A stretch of 63,798 nucleotides of DNA, the filler included, from Folioceros fuciformis (Eukaryota), in the NCBI GenBank assembly GCA_049999805.1. It is 5 parts of 5 records of this genome, joined end to end, with 100 filler letters (N's around TTAATTAATTAA, not from the genome) between each part and the next. Parts side by side here need not be neighbours in the genome. Positions count along the whole stretch, not along the records: positions 32,681 to 42,479 come from JBNGIO010004604.1; positions 42,580 to 51,228 come from JBNGIO010004605.1; 3 more parts are not named here. One strand, 5' to 3'. The notes below the pieces were generated by a model that worked only from the letters and a program-made list of their open reading frames with translations, did no database searches and was not told the DNA's origin. Shown in pieces: positions 35,431 through 47,652 of the stretch. Positions within the stretch are counted from its first letter, which is position 1, and the number at the start of each line of letters is the position of its first letter. Made by a program: the position numbers and the translations under genes.

Positions 35431-37260
35431 TTATGTCGTTGATGTGAAACATCGATGGACTGGGGAAAAGGGTACGAAGACTTCGACGTCNNNNNNNNNN
35501 GTGAAACATCGATGGACTGGGGAAAAGGGTACGAAGACTTCGACGTCGCCTAGTCCTAAACAACTTCTGAATGTGAACCGTGCGTACCGATTTCTGAATG
35601 GTTCATATTCATGTTCCGCAAGGGCTGAAGCCTGGCTAGCAGGTGGCTTCAAGCAAGCCAGCCGGCTGCTTCTATTGTTGTTGCAGTCCGGAATTGAAAC
35701 CACTCGCGATCGGAGGCCAGCTTCCATCCTTCGCGCAACGGGGGCGCCAGAAGGATCCTGCATACGAAATAAGCGTGACCATTTGTCGTGACACAAAACC
35801 GGTAGAACCATCTCGTCAAACAAAGGGATGAAGGTCCTTACTCCCTTCAGGAGCAGGAAGCTGAAATCGTTTTCCTCTAGGGAATGTGCGGCTGGGTCCC
35901 CTCTCGCATCCCCCAGACTTGCCCCTGAAGGTGCTTGCAGGGAGCATGGGGATGGGTTTCTCGCTGTCTCTTTGGGAGCCCCCCAGTTCACGAACACTTG
36001 GCATTTCAGCAGCCATGGATCTGGAGCTATCGTTGTCCTTGGCGACACCGTCCTCATTCGACGAGATTGCCTGTCAGCACCATCGCTTTCTGGTTGGTCA
36101 GTGGAGGATTTCTTGGGCCTCAGTTTCGAGCTCCCAGAAACCGTCGAGCTTCGAGTTCCTAGATAGCTTCCAGTTTCGAGCTCCCAGATAGCGTCGAGCT
36201 TCGAGCTCCCGGATAGCGTCGAGCTTCGAGCTCCCGGATAGCGTCCAGTTTCGAGCTCCCAGACAGCGGCTGCTGCAAGAAAGAGACCTTGCCTGTCAGG
36301 CTTCCACATGTCCTCCCGGCTACGTCACCTGGATGATCGGCACCAAAAGTTTTTGAGCTGCCAGTATCCACATCCTCTTCCTCGTCCTCTTCACGCTCCT
36401 TGTTAATGATTGATGGGAAGAGAGCATAGCCTTCCGTATGAAAAGTGGGCATCGTCATCACCATCGTGCTGTCTCTGCCTTCTTAAGAAAGATTTCGAGC
36501 GATCGGAAGGGCCCGCTGGTCACTGTCAGACCTTGCTTCATCATCTTCCACACCATTCGCCGTCACAATCCTCGGGCAAACCTCTGGAGATGACAGCGCC
36601 TTGATTGACCACTGGCTGCCATCCTGTCGAAGACGGGCTGACGCTCTTCCAGAGAGTCTGCTGAGAAAATCCACCTTCGTGCTATGACTAGGCACCGCTG
36701 TTCTGTCCAGGGCTGGCACGGCTAGACTTGCGCAACCTTTCGTAACCATCATCCTCTCCTGATGCGTCGTGTTCTGACCCTCGGTCGTATTCCGGACTTC
36801 CAGATGCGCGCCAGCCTCCTTCAACGGAGATCTCGAGGGCTCTGCCAGCGCACGGTGTGCCTGACTCACAAGGCTGGTAGAAGATGGCGATACATCGTGT
36901 AGAGCTGATTCCTGTTCCATAATCAGTGGTAGCTGGACTTCAGGCAGGGCACTGTCATTTCTCCACTGGAGGAGGGACCATGCTCAGAGCATCTCCCTCA
37001 GCGATGAGAGACTTAAACTCCGCCTTGTCTGCCAGCAAGGACATGTACTTGTTGATGGTCATCTGTTGCCCTTGAAGCTCCTGTTCCGTTTCTTGTATCC
37101 TCCTCCTACCCTCTTCCTTGTCAATTCACGGAGCCTCTTCACGGGTTGGAGTTGGACAGTCGGAGTGTACTCTTGGCCTTGGCTCCTTCTCTGTTGTAGA
37201 TCAGATTTACCGTGCGATGTTAATCGTACACGAGATCTAGAAAGAGTGGCGAGTTGGGAC
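35431..37260 (-). pseudogene. Disrupted ORF region of unknown protein (lineage-specific gene or TE-derived)
   Basis: Consecutive minus-strand ORFs (36483-36920 with open upstream extension, 36159-36464, 35431-36309) separated by frameshifts; no recognisable motif. Confidence 0.3.
36121..36270. repeat. 25-bp minisatellite, about 6 copies
   Basis: Unit GAGCTTCGAGCTCCCGGATAGCGTC. Confidence 0.88.
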
Positions 37261-37427
37261 CATGGGGACTGATTAGTATGTCCTTGTCAGGCAGTTGGTT
37301 ACCCCTCCAAGCATTCCCTTTGTGAGGCACTGCAATCATAGTAAAGGCTGAGGAATCGGTGTGGTCCTAGCGTTGGGGAGCAGAATGGTCCTCCTCCTTG
37401 TGATTTGCCGTCGGAAATAGCCAAATG

Positions 37428-38296
37428 AGTAACGCTCCCTTCCTTACGCAGCGTAAAAGGAAGCAACGGCCTCTAATCCCGTCCATTCACTCTTAGAGTG
37501 CTCTACGACGTTTCTCACATTTTCTCTACGACTTTTCTCACATTTTCTCACACGACTCAGCACTAGGCTCCAAGTAGCTCTACTTCTTCTCACACGACTC
37601 AGCACTAGGCTCCAAGTAGCTCTACTTCTTTTCACACGACTCAGCACTAGGCTCCAAGTAGCTCTACTTCTTCTCACACGACTCAGCACTAGGCTCCAAG
37701 TAGCTCGCCGTCAGTGGCGCAGACCATTTCCTCAGGAGGAGCTCTTTATTCCAGATACTTACAAAAGAGTCTGGGGCATAGATAGTATGGCGATCTATGC
37801 CCCACTGGCTATTGCCCTAGACTCCATCTGAAAAGCTTGCTCTTCAAGCCCTCCACAACTATGCCTCAAGGCTAGACTTCTCANNNNNNNNNNNNNNNNN
37901 NNNNNNNNNNNNNNNNNNNNNNNNNNNNNNNNNNNNNNNNNNNNNNNNNNNNNNNNNNNNNNNNNNNNNNNNNNNNNNNNNNNAGGCTAGACTTCTCAGT
38001 GTCTACCCCTGTCTCTTTGAGTATCCGTGTATCAGAGTATATCCTTAAGACTCTAACACTGGCCTATTTATACTCTACAGCTAAGCCATTGCTAAAGCTG
38101 GGAATGATACACACCACTCATCTCAGAATACTAGTGGTCATTATAACTCCATCCTTCTTAAGAGGTTTTGCCTGGAACACACATCTTGTTTCTAAAGGAA
38201 GCAAGAAGCATACTTGCTTCTTCATCAAGACAACTCTAGATTTAGCTTTCACCTTTCTACTTTTAACTTTCACCTTATTTCACTTGTGCCATTACT
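37428..38296 (-). mobile_element. 3' LTR of the gypsy element, with AGTAA...TTACT termini (contains an N gap)
   Basis: Homologous to 57701-58399; abuts the PPT (minus strand AGTGGGGGAGAG, 38297-38308). Confidence 0.88.
37550..37705. repeat. 42-bp tandem repeat, 4 copies, inside the LTR
   Basis: CACACGACTCAGCACTAGGCTCCAAGTAGCTCTACTTCTTCT. Confidence 0.9.
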
Positions 38297-38367
38297 CTCT
38301 CCCCCACTAGGAAATGTCATTGTCCTCAATGACTTGCAGTATAACATGAGATCATCCATGATCCTTG

Positions 38368-41300
38368 TTACACATGTTGAAGTGAAACCCAGACAGGATC
38401 TGCAAAATCACAAAGCCTTACTAGATACTCTAGAACATTACCACGGACACAAGGCAATTCTCTTTCTGCTAGGAATTGAACAATCTCCTGCACACTATGG
38501 TTATATTGAACCAGGATAACATAGTCTTTCTTGTTCATGTCTTCATTCTTTTTCAAAATCACAAACGGTTTCAGCAAAGAGACATGAAACACATCATGAG
38601 AGAAGATCCATCTAGGCAGTTGTAGTTTGTAAGCCACATTCCCAATGCGCTTCAGAACTACAAAAGGACCTCCATACTTAGGCCTTAACTTTGGGGACAA
38701 TCCTTGAGGTACTGGGAAGTGCTTCAACTTTACTCAAACCTTGTCACCCACTTGAAATTCTGCCTCTTTCCTGTGCCTATCAGCAAACTTCTTTTGCTTG
38801 TCTTGAGCTTTGGCCAAAATCCTCTTAGCAATTTCATGTCTGGCCCTCAACTGCTCAATAAATTCACGTGGTTCTCTTGCTGCTGCCTCAAACACGCCAA
38901 CATTCAACATAGAAACTGCGTCCATTGCTTTGTTACCTGTCATATGAAAAGGTGTATAGCCTGTGGAGCTATGTACAGTATAGTATTGTTATAACAAAAC
39001 TCTGCATCCTCAAGATGATTACTCCAGTTTCTCTGGTTCATCTGTACATAGTGTTATAAGTATTCCTCTTGGATTCTATTTACCCTTTCTGTAGATCTAT
39101 GTGTATCAGGGTGATATGCTATGCTTAAACATAGTTGCACTCCCAAGCTCTTCATAAGCTCTTGCCAAAATTCCGCTGTGAATCTGGGATCTCTATCACT
39201 CACAATTTGCATAGGCAATCCATGTAACACATAGATATGCTTCTTAAACAATTGAGCAACTTCTGAAGCCTTCACTTGCTTCTTCGTGGGGAAGAAGTGT
39301 GCTTGCTTGCTGAACCTATGAACAACTATCATGATAGCTGTGTATCCATTACTGGGTGTCAATGGCATAACAAAATCCATTGATGTGCTCTTCCAAGGCC
39401 CACTTGGAATAGGCAAGGGTTGCAACAAACCTTGTGGATTTGTCTGCTCTACCTTATCCTACTAACAGTCTACACAAGACTTCACATACTCTACAATATA
39501 TTTGTACATTCTAGGCCAGTAAAACAGCTTCTTCAACTTCTCATAAGTTGTGTCAATTCCCCGATGACTAGCACTTGGCACATCGTGACATTCTGCAAAC
39601 AATTTTCTTCTCAACTCTTGAGAATCATGAATCACAATCCTGTTTTGCTTGAACATTAACAAGCCATTTCTAAGCTTAAACTTAGACCCCGGTTGCTCCA
39701 CATCATTGATCCAATCTTGCACTAATGGATCGCGCAGATAAGCCTCCTTAATCTGCGTATGAGTGTCCCTTGGCTCAATCACCATCTGTGTTGCAGCTAG
39801 CTTAGGATTCTTTAGCTTAAAAACAGATGTTAAACTCAACTCCTGCTTGCGACTGAGAGCATATGCCACGAGATTCTCTTTCCCTGGCTTATACTTAATC
39901 ACCACATCATACATCGCTAGGAAATCTTGCCATCTAGCTTGTCTTGCATTCACTCGCAGCTGATTAGAAAAGAAGCTTGTACTTACATTATCTGTGTACA
40001 GCACAAAAGATCTTCCAAGAAGATAGTGTCTCCAAATCTCGAGACAATTGATGACAACTGTCATCTCCTTCTCATATGTGGGGTATTTTCTCTCATGTTC
40101 ATGCAACTTTCTTGATTCGTAAGCCACTGGCCTACCTTCTTGCATAAGCACTCCTCCAATAGCTGTATCTAACGCATCAGTATACACTTCTATATCTTTC
40201 TTTGGATCACAGATTGCTAATACTGGGGCCGTGCTGAGTTTCAACTTGAGAAACTCGAATGCCCTTTGACATTCCTCATCCCACTTCCAAGCCTTCGCCT
40301 TCTTCAAGAGATCAGTTAATGGGGCAGCAATTTTGGCAAACATCGGTATAAATCTTCTGTACCCGCTAGCCAATCCCAAAAACATATGCACTTCATGCAC
40401 ACAGCTGCTGATTCCGCAGGGAATCCTTCGAGGTGAGGGGTAGGAGCAAGAGCTGCGAAAGGTGGAGGAGCAGCTACTGAGTCGAGGCAATTGTATAGAG
40501 TGTTATTCTCCTGCACAAGAACGCTTGGGATGTCGACTGCATTGAAATTGTTGAATGTAAGGTCAAACTGTGGTGTCTGCAGCAATCCGATGCCTGTAAG
40601 GTTCAGCAAGCTTCCATTCAGGGCATTGTGTGACAAGTCAAGAAATTGCAAGTCCTCCAAATGCGTGAAGCTTCCAGGGACAGGGCCCTCCAGAAAATTG
40701 TGGCCCACGAAGAGGGAGGAGAGTGACGCCATAAAGCCAAAGGACTCCGGAAGTTGGCCGGTAAGGTTATTGAAGCCAAGGTTGAGGTTCTTTCAGCCAA
40801 CTCTGTATGGCTTTTATCTTATCACAATCCATCCTGATTCCATCAGCAGAGACAATGAATCCAAGGAAGTCTATCTCTTCCTTAACAAAGTCACACTTTG
40901 TTATCGCTAAGAACAAAGAATTTGCCCTTAACCTTTCCAACACTTTCCTCAAGTGTTGGACATGCTCCTTTAGGGTAGAACTGAATATCAAAATGTCATC
41001 CAAGTAGATCACAACACACTCATCCAACAGATCTTTAAATATAGTATTCATGAGAGTCTGAAATGTGGCTGGTGCGTTAGTGAGTCCAAATGACATGACT
41101 AGAAATTCAAAAGATCCATACCTTGTCCTACAAGGTAGTTTTGTATTCATGTCCTTCTGCGATGCGAATCTAGTAATAACCAGCCATCAAATCTAGTATG
41201 GTAAAATACTTAGCACCTTTCAACATGTCAAACATATCATCCATCCTTGGCAAACGATAGGAGTTCTTGACTGTTATCTGGTTGAGTGCTCTGTAATCCA

Positions 41301-42479
41301 AGCATAATCTTAATCCTCCATTCTTCTTTCGCGTAAACATTACTGGCGCACCAAAAGGGGATTTTGAGACTCTAACATAGCCCTTCGCTAACAAGTTAGA
41401 CATTTGTCTCTTCAACTCTTGAAGCTCATCTAGCGACAATCTGTATGGCGCTCTTGAAGGCGGTACACTTCCTGGCTTTAGATCAATCTCATGATCTACA
41501 ACTCTCCTCTGAGGTAAAGGAGGTAACTCAGTAGGCATCAAGTCTTTAAACTCATCTAAGACAGCCTGTATCTCCTTTGAAATCTTTGGTTGCTTCTAAA
41601 ACCCATCTGAAGACCATCTTCTAGTCCTTGCAACACCAACAAATAGAATTTCTCTCCATTCTTAACACAACGCTTGAGCTCTTTCTTAGAGATGACTTCA
41701 TCAATCTTGTGTCCAAGCTGATGCTCAAGAACTGCACAACTCACTTTGTGCTTTTCATCTCCTAAGATCTATATGGTGCGTGAGTCCATGTCTACACATA
41801 CCTTATTGGCCTTCATCCATTCTAAGCCCAAGATGATTTCATGATCATCCATATCTACAACTGTGAAGCTTGCTTCTCCTGTCGAATTGCCTATCTGCAA
41901 AGGGACTTTTTGCAGCCGTCCTAAGAATTACAGCTTTCCTTTTGCTTGTTTCACTATACATGGCTCTGAAGTACTAGCCCATGTCAAACCAAGCTTACTT
42001 GCTCTGCTAAGAGAGATGAAATTATGTGTTGCTGCTAGATCAAGCAACATCTTCGCTTCTTCACGATTCACACATCCTTCTATATACATGAGCTCTCCAC
42101 CTGCCCTATGAATGATGTTGTCCTCAGCATCTTGAGACTCACCACATGTAGCCTATGCAACATGTGGCCAATCCCGTCACTTGGGATTGTCAGATTTGGA
42201 TACTTCAGTAATCCTGAGTCTTTTGGGCTTTGGGTTGTCTTGAACAACATTCAAAGTTTGTTGAGCATTGGGGCATTCATTCGCATAATGTCCCGGCTCT
42301 CCACAAGAAAAACAAACTCCTTTCCGAGAACCCATTGTCACTGTTCTCTAAGCTTCGCGCCCCCCGCGCACTCCTCAATTTCTACTACGGAAGCTCCCAC
42401 TGAAGTTGCTTCTTGCAACTGTACTTCTTTCATTATCCTTGGGAGTTCCTCTACCAGCACTGTTGGAAGAAACCCTAGT
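38368..42479 (-). mobile_element. Degenerate Ty3/gypsy chromovirus (Galadriel/Tcn1-like): gag C-terminus, PR, RT, RH, INT, chromodomain
   Basis: Order: zinc knuckle, LLDLAATHNFIS (PR), [65 protein letters not shown], then EYLVRLCDFADPVWVS (chromodomain-like). Confidence 0.95.
40401..40793 (-). pseudogene. Captured plant LRR receptor-like gene fragment inside gypsy pol
   Basis: KNLNLGFNNLTGQLPESFGFMASLSSLFVGHNFLEGPVPGSFTHLEDLQFLDLSHNALNGSL matches the plant extracellular LRR consensus LxxLxLxxNxLxGxIP. Confidence 0.85.
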
Positions 42480-43599
42480 NNNNNNNNNNNNNNNNNNNNN
42501 NNNNNNNNNNNNNNNNNNNNNNNTTAATTAATTAANNNNNNNNNNNNNNNNNNNNNNNNNNNNNNNNNNNNNNNNNNNNCAACAAGAACATACGACACAG
42601 GAGACCTAAGCTAGGAGCTTAGCTCTCTCTCGCCACCTCACTCGTCTACGAGGCCTCCCTTAAATTCAAGAGAGAGGACTTAAGAGAGCACCTTGGGTGC
42701 TCACATCATGCTCTCAAGGCAAGTTCTATCACCACTCATTCTAGGGTTGCATGCATCACACATTCTCCTTTAAATTTGGCAAGCTCTCTTGCGTGCTCCT
42801 TAAGCAAGCTTTGTTATTGATTTTGTGTGTTTTTAATATATATATATAATACCTTAATAATGATTATTATATTCATATTTTACTTTACTTATATTTTACA
42901 TCTTAATTACAATCTTTAGTTTACGGTTTTACTTTATTGACAACCCTAAATAGCAATAATATCAACATGCTTAAGATGGTATACCAATGTCTTGAGCTCA
43001 TGACCATCTACATACCATACATTGGATGACCACCAAAGCAAAATCTCGTTCTTTCAAAAGACAATTTCTCACAATACGTATCGACACTCATCCCCACTCT
43101 GCGGCCTTAACCACCCCACGTGGTGGAGAGATTTCCGCCACAACTCCCAATGAAATTAGAATTTGAAGGCAGGCCAATTAGATCATGACCTTCACTTGAC
43201 AAGCAAGAGTTTGCTGATGGAAAATGATAAGGGATCGCCCTCTGAATCTTTGTCGTGCTAGCCAAGGCAAGTGTAAGGGGGGACCCTTCCTTCCTAAGCA
43301 CATATATATGTCTGCCGACATTGAAGCCACCTGCTCCTTGGTTGCAATGCATTGGTCGAGCCCCCTGCAAGCGACTTTGGGGTGTAGAGGGGCCCCAGCT
43401 ACTTGGGAAGGGTTGCGAGGAGGGTAACCCACTCCCATCATAGGAGCAAGGAGGGTAACCAACTCCCATCATAGGAGCAGGATCCTCCACACCACTATAT
43501 TGAAAGCGATTGTGATGTCGTTGATGAATCTCCTATTGCTTAGCCTCGTTATCTTGTTGCTCTCGATATGGATGTTGAAGAGATAGAGTGTTGAGTTAT

Positions 43600-43825
43600 G
43601 ATTAGGGTTTTGGGTTTAAGCTTATCCGAAATGATATGAATAGGTGTCTTATTGGTAGATAGTTTAAATCACACTCTTTTGCTAGGGTTCTAGTGTTTCA
43701 TCATAAGGCAGATTAGGGTTTTGGGTTTAAGCTTATCTGAAATGATATGAATAGGTGTCTTATTGGTAGATCGTTTAAACCACTCCCTTTCGCAAGGGTT
43801 ATAGCGTTTCACCATAAGGCACAGC
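43600..43825. repeat. About 111-bp tandem duplication
   Basis: GATTAGGGTTTTGGGTTTAAGCTTATC.GAAATGATATGAATAGGTGTCTTATTGGTAGAT at ~43600 and ~43711. Confidence 0.8.
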
Positions 43826-46565
43826 CTTAAGCTCTAGTTTATATATATATATATAAAGATTTTCACATATATAGTTATTGTTGATATATTTTAATTATAT
43901 AATTATTCATTTAATTGATCTATGCATGCCTATATTTTATTATGGTATTAGAGCATATGTGCACATAATTTAGTGTATTTAAAAATATGCACAATGATAT
44001 GCTTATTTTTAATTTTCGTGATCAAGAATGTTGCTTTTGAAGAAAATAAAATAACATCAAGTTTTTGTTTGTGCTGATTTGTATGATTTCTTTTGCAAAT
44101 CAAGGAAGGCATCCTAGTGCACTTCCTCTAGATTGCATCTTATACAATACTAATTGAAATACACTAGGACAGCTGCCTAATTGGCAGAAAAATTAAAAGA
44201 CTTTTTTACAGTTATAGAAAGATGTAGAGTTTCTGCATAATAAAAACAGCACAAAATAATTAGCGAAATGAAATGGCTCATGATGAAGGCCAATAGGGGC
44301 ACTTTGACCCTACTAAGCCCATCTTAAATAGATTTGAAGCAAATAACACCTATGTGTTTTTGAATGACCTGCAAAATAGGGCTGTTCAATGGAGTTTAGT
44401 AAATCAAAATCAGCCTATGCAAGTAGCAGATTTTAAAGAAGAATTTAANNNNNNNNNNNNNNNNNNNNNNNNNNNNNNNNNNNNNNNNNNNNNNNNNNNN
44501 NNNNNNNNNNNNNNNNNNNNNNNNNNNNNNNNNNNNNNNNNNNNNNNNCAATTATAGAATGCTTGTATCCTGAAGGCAATGAATTGCTCTTTAATCCTCT
44601 ACCAAGAAATCCATAAAGCTTACCAGAAATCAAAAGTTAGTTGTGCTTTTGATGGAAATGGGCATCCTCGTGGCTTCCTTACCACTCATGTTTCTGCACC
44701 AACTAGAGTCAGAACACTAGTTGATAGACTGGAGGATCACAATAGGCTAGTGGACTGCATATTTCAACATATTACACATGAGATTGCCGTTGTAAGAGTG
44801 GATATGTAGGAATTCAAAGAGCAACTAGCGCTTCTAGATAGTAAATTACTTACTCTGCTAAAAGCACATTTGCTGAAGAACTGTTTATACAAAGATGCAA
44901 CACAAAACAGCGTGCAAGATATTGTTAGTACCTCAAACTTTTCAGAGTCCAATTCCTGCCTTTCTTGCATAACCTATGTACATAATAGACAAGCTTTTAA
45001 TTTTCGTATGTCCTAATGGGAGCTAGATCTAATACTTAACTACTATGTGAACCGACAACTTCGATTGTGATGCGCTAGACTTGTAAAGCGCATGCTTAAT
45101 TTGGATCCTGTGCAGGTGTAATGCTTTGCCTGAGACACGTATTTATGGGGTTAAACAAGCCATTACTTAGTTAGGTGGTGGCATTTGATCAAGATAGAAG
45201 GTTGCTAGGGAGGTCGGCATAGGTACCATGGTCGTCTCGTTATGAAGATTGCTAGGACCCCTGAGACTACCTCAACTACTATGCTCAAGTATAAGAAGGA
45301 AAGTAAGGCAGGAGGTGCTTTCCTTTGCAATGGGAGGGAATCACGAGAGTTGCAATGTAAGCAACTAGGGCAGCACAGGATGCGCACTCTGGCTTGGGGT
45401 TCGTCAGTCACATCTTCACGCCAATATGAGGGGCACACATAAATGAATTATGTATTTTGGACACATGACTACAAGACCTTTCTCCTCTAGTTGTGGCGCT
45501 CTCTAGTGTAACTTTGAAGACTAACCTCCTTGCACCTTGTGACTTGGTGTTAGTGCCTTTCTAGGGGTTTTTCCCAGCGTGTTCACACTTGTTGTGGGCA
45601 AGCGGGTGTGGTATCCCTACCAGGCACCCGCTCACATGTATCGTGGCCACATCAATCCCACGATTGTTGTAGGCTTCCCCGGAATCGCTCCCTTGTGAGC
45701 CTGGTTAGCTACATCTATCGTTCCCCTACTATAGTCAACCCTCCCAACCACATACCTACCAATCCTGCCACATGTCTTGTCAGTAGGAAGGCACCATTCC
45801 TTCACTTGGAAGGGCCCAGTACCTCCCCTATCGATTTCTACCTCCCTAAACTCAATACCTTTTCCTCACAAGGCTCCCTACAACACCTTCCTCACGTCCA
45901 ACCAGTAGGTAGGCACCATTCCTTCACTTCGAAGGGCCTTAGTATCTCTCCTACCGATTTCTACTTCCCTACACTCAATACCTTTTCCTCACAAGTTTCC
46001 CTGTAGAGGAAAAAAACTTTCGGGACTCCCATTTTGAAGAGTAGAATGAACAGGTAGTGTTTTTTTTTGTAAAGATGCGAGTGGATTGGCTTAGTATGGA
46101 AATAACACTTGGGTATTTATACCCAAAAGGCTCCTTGGCCCTTGGTGTTCTGATGGGATTGAGTGACAGGACCGAGGAGAACCGTGTGCGAAGGTGTCCT
46201 TAGCCCTTGGTGGTTCGAGGGGTACTTAGGTGTCTATATATGCACATCCCCCCCAAAAAAAAAAAGAAATAGGAGATAGGGGTAGGGGCTTGGGTAGTGT
46301 GGACTTAGGCAAAAACCGGAGTGTGATGACTGGGCGACGATAGCCGGTTGGGCGATCGTTGTGGAAGGGGAACCGGCGGTAGTGGAATGGAAACCGCGGC
46401 ATAAAACCCTAGAGAGAGACAGGGAGAACTTGGGCAGTAATCGGGGCACGAGCGTCCGTGAGAGTGAGAGTAACCGCGGGGCGCGACGACGGTCAGGAGC
46501 GGAGCGGGCACCAAGTGGCGGCACGGAGTAGGGTGATAGGCGACTGCAAGTGCAGGAGGGCAACG

Positions 46566-47652
46566 ATGTCCGGGGCGTGGGAGGAGGTCAGGCAGGATGA
46601 GGTCTCAATCAAAGTTGCTGCCGGGAGTACTAGTGCCAGAAAAGGAGGTGGGAGGATCGCCTGTCCCGAAGATCGATGTGCTCCTATGGCCCAACATGGA
46701 GCACTGGAGCACCAGAGCCGGAGGGGTGGTCAAAGAACTAGGCCTCAGGTTCATGAACCAGAGGTGGAACTATGCCGCACCGCTGCTGGTCAGGTAGTGC
46801 GCCCTGAAGATGAGAAAGCCCGCCCGAGAGGAGGGGATCCGTGGCAGACCCCAGAAGCGGAATCTGGAGCTGGTAAGACGGGTGTATGGCCGCGATCAGC
46901 AGGAGGAGGGGGGACTAGTGCTGGAGTCTCTGAAGAAGCGTAGGGGTATAGCAGACACCGAGGTGCTACTCAAACCTGGCACCAGGAATGAAGCAAATGG
47001 TTGGCTGATTCGTGACATGGCCAACCCGTAGCTGATGGGTTTGGCCAGATGGTTCCTGTGCTTCCTGTAGGTTTGTAAACATGATTATCTATCAGATGCT
47101 CCTGTTTGTACATGAAGTCGTAAAAGGGAGCAAGGTGTATTGGGAGAAAATCCTGCATGCTAGGATGGACGAGGAGAGGCAAAATCTGACTTTGTCCTCT
47201 CCCCGACCCTCGATGACCTCCCCCTTCCTAGTTCACATCTACTGCTACGCTAATCTTGTGTCTGAACTAGAAGTCAAGGCCTCACTGCATGTGTGGAGAC
47301 CGATAAGGGAGGTGAAGTGGAAGCCCGCCGATCCAGTGGGAGCCGACTCAAGCAGTTGGGACTCGGGTGGTGCGGACAGTTCGGAGGAGGAGACTTCCAC
47401 CAAGTAGAAGAGGAAGGCTGGGGCAGGGAAGAAGACTCCCGTGAAGAAGAGGAGGGCCAGCGGCCAGATTGCCAGGAGAGGAAGCGAAGCAGCACCACAG
47501 GAGGCAGCCCCAGGGCAGACTAGGCAGGAGCAGGGGGCTACTCAGGAACCCGCAGCCAAAGAGCCAGCAGATCAAGAGCTGTTGGAGCAGGAGTCGGGCG
47601 AAGAAGAACCAGGCGCTCCCGAGGAGCAGATGTCGGAGATGGAAGTGGCCCC
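46566..47652 (+). mobile_element. Degraded retrotransposon-associated accessory ORF remnant
   Basis: Frameshifted ORFs (GLRFMNQRWNYAAPLLVR; IRGRPQKRNLELVRRVYG; NGWLIRD; GSKVYWEKIL; acidic tail) resembling bryophyte gypsy-associated proteins, from recall only. Confidence 0.4.

Noticed and set aside
43600-43730. Interstitial telomere (TTAGGGTTTTGGGTTT)
   Set aside because: Only one or two degenerate units within a larger duplicated repeat.
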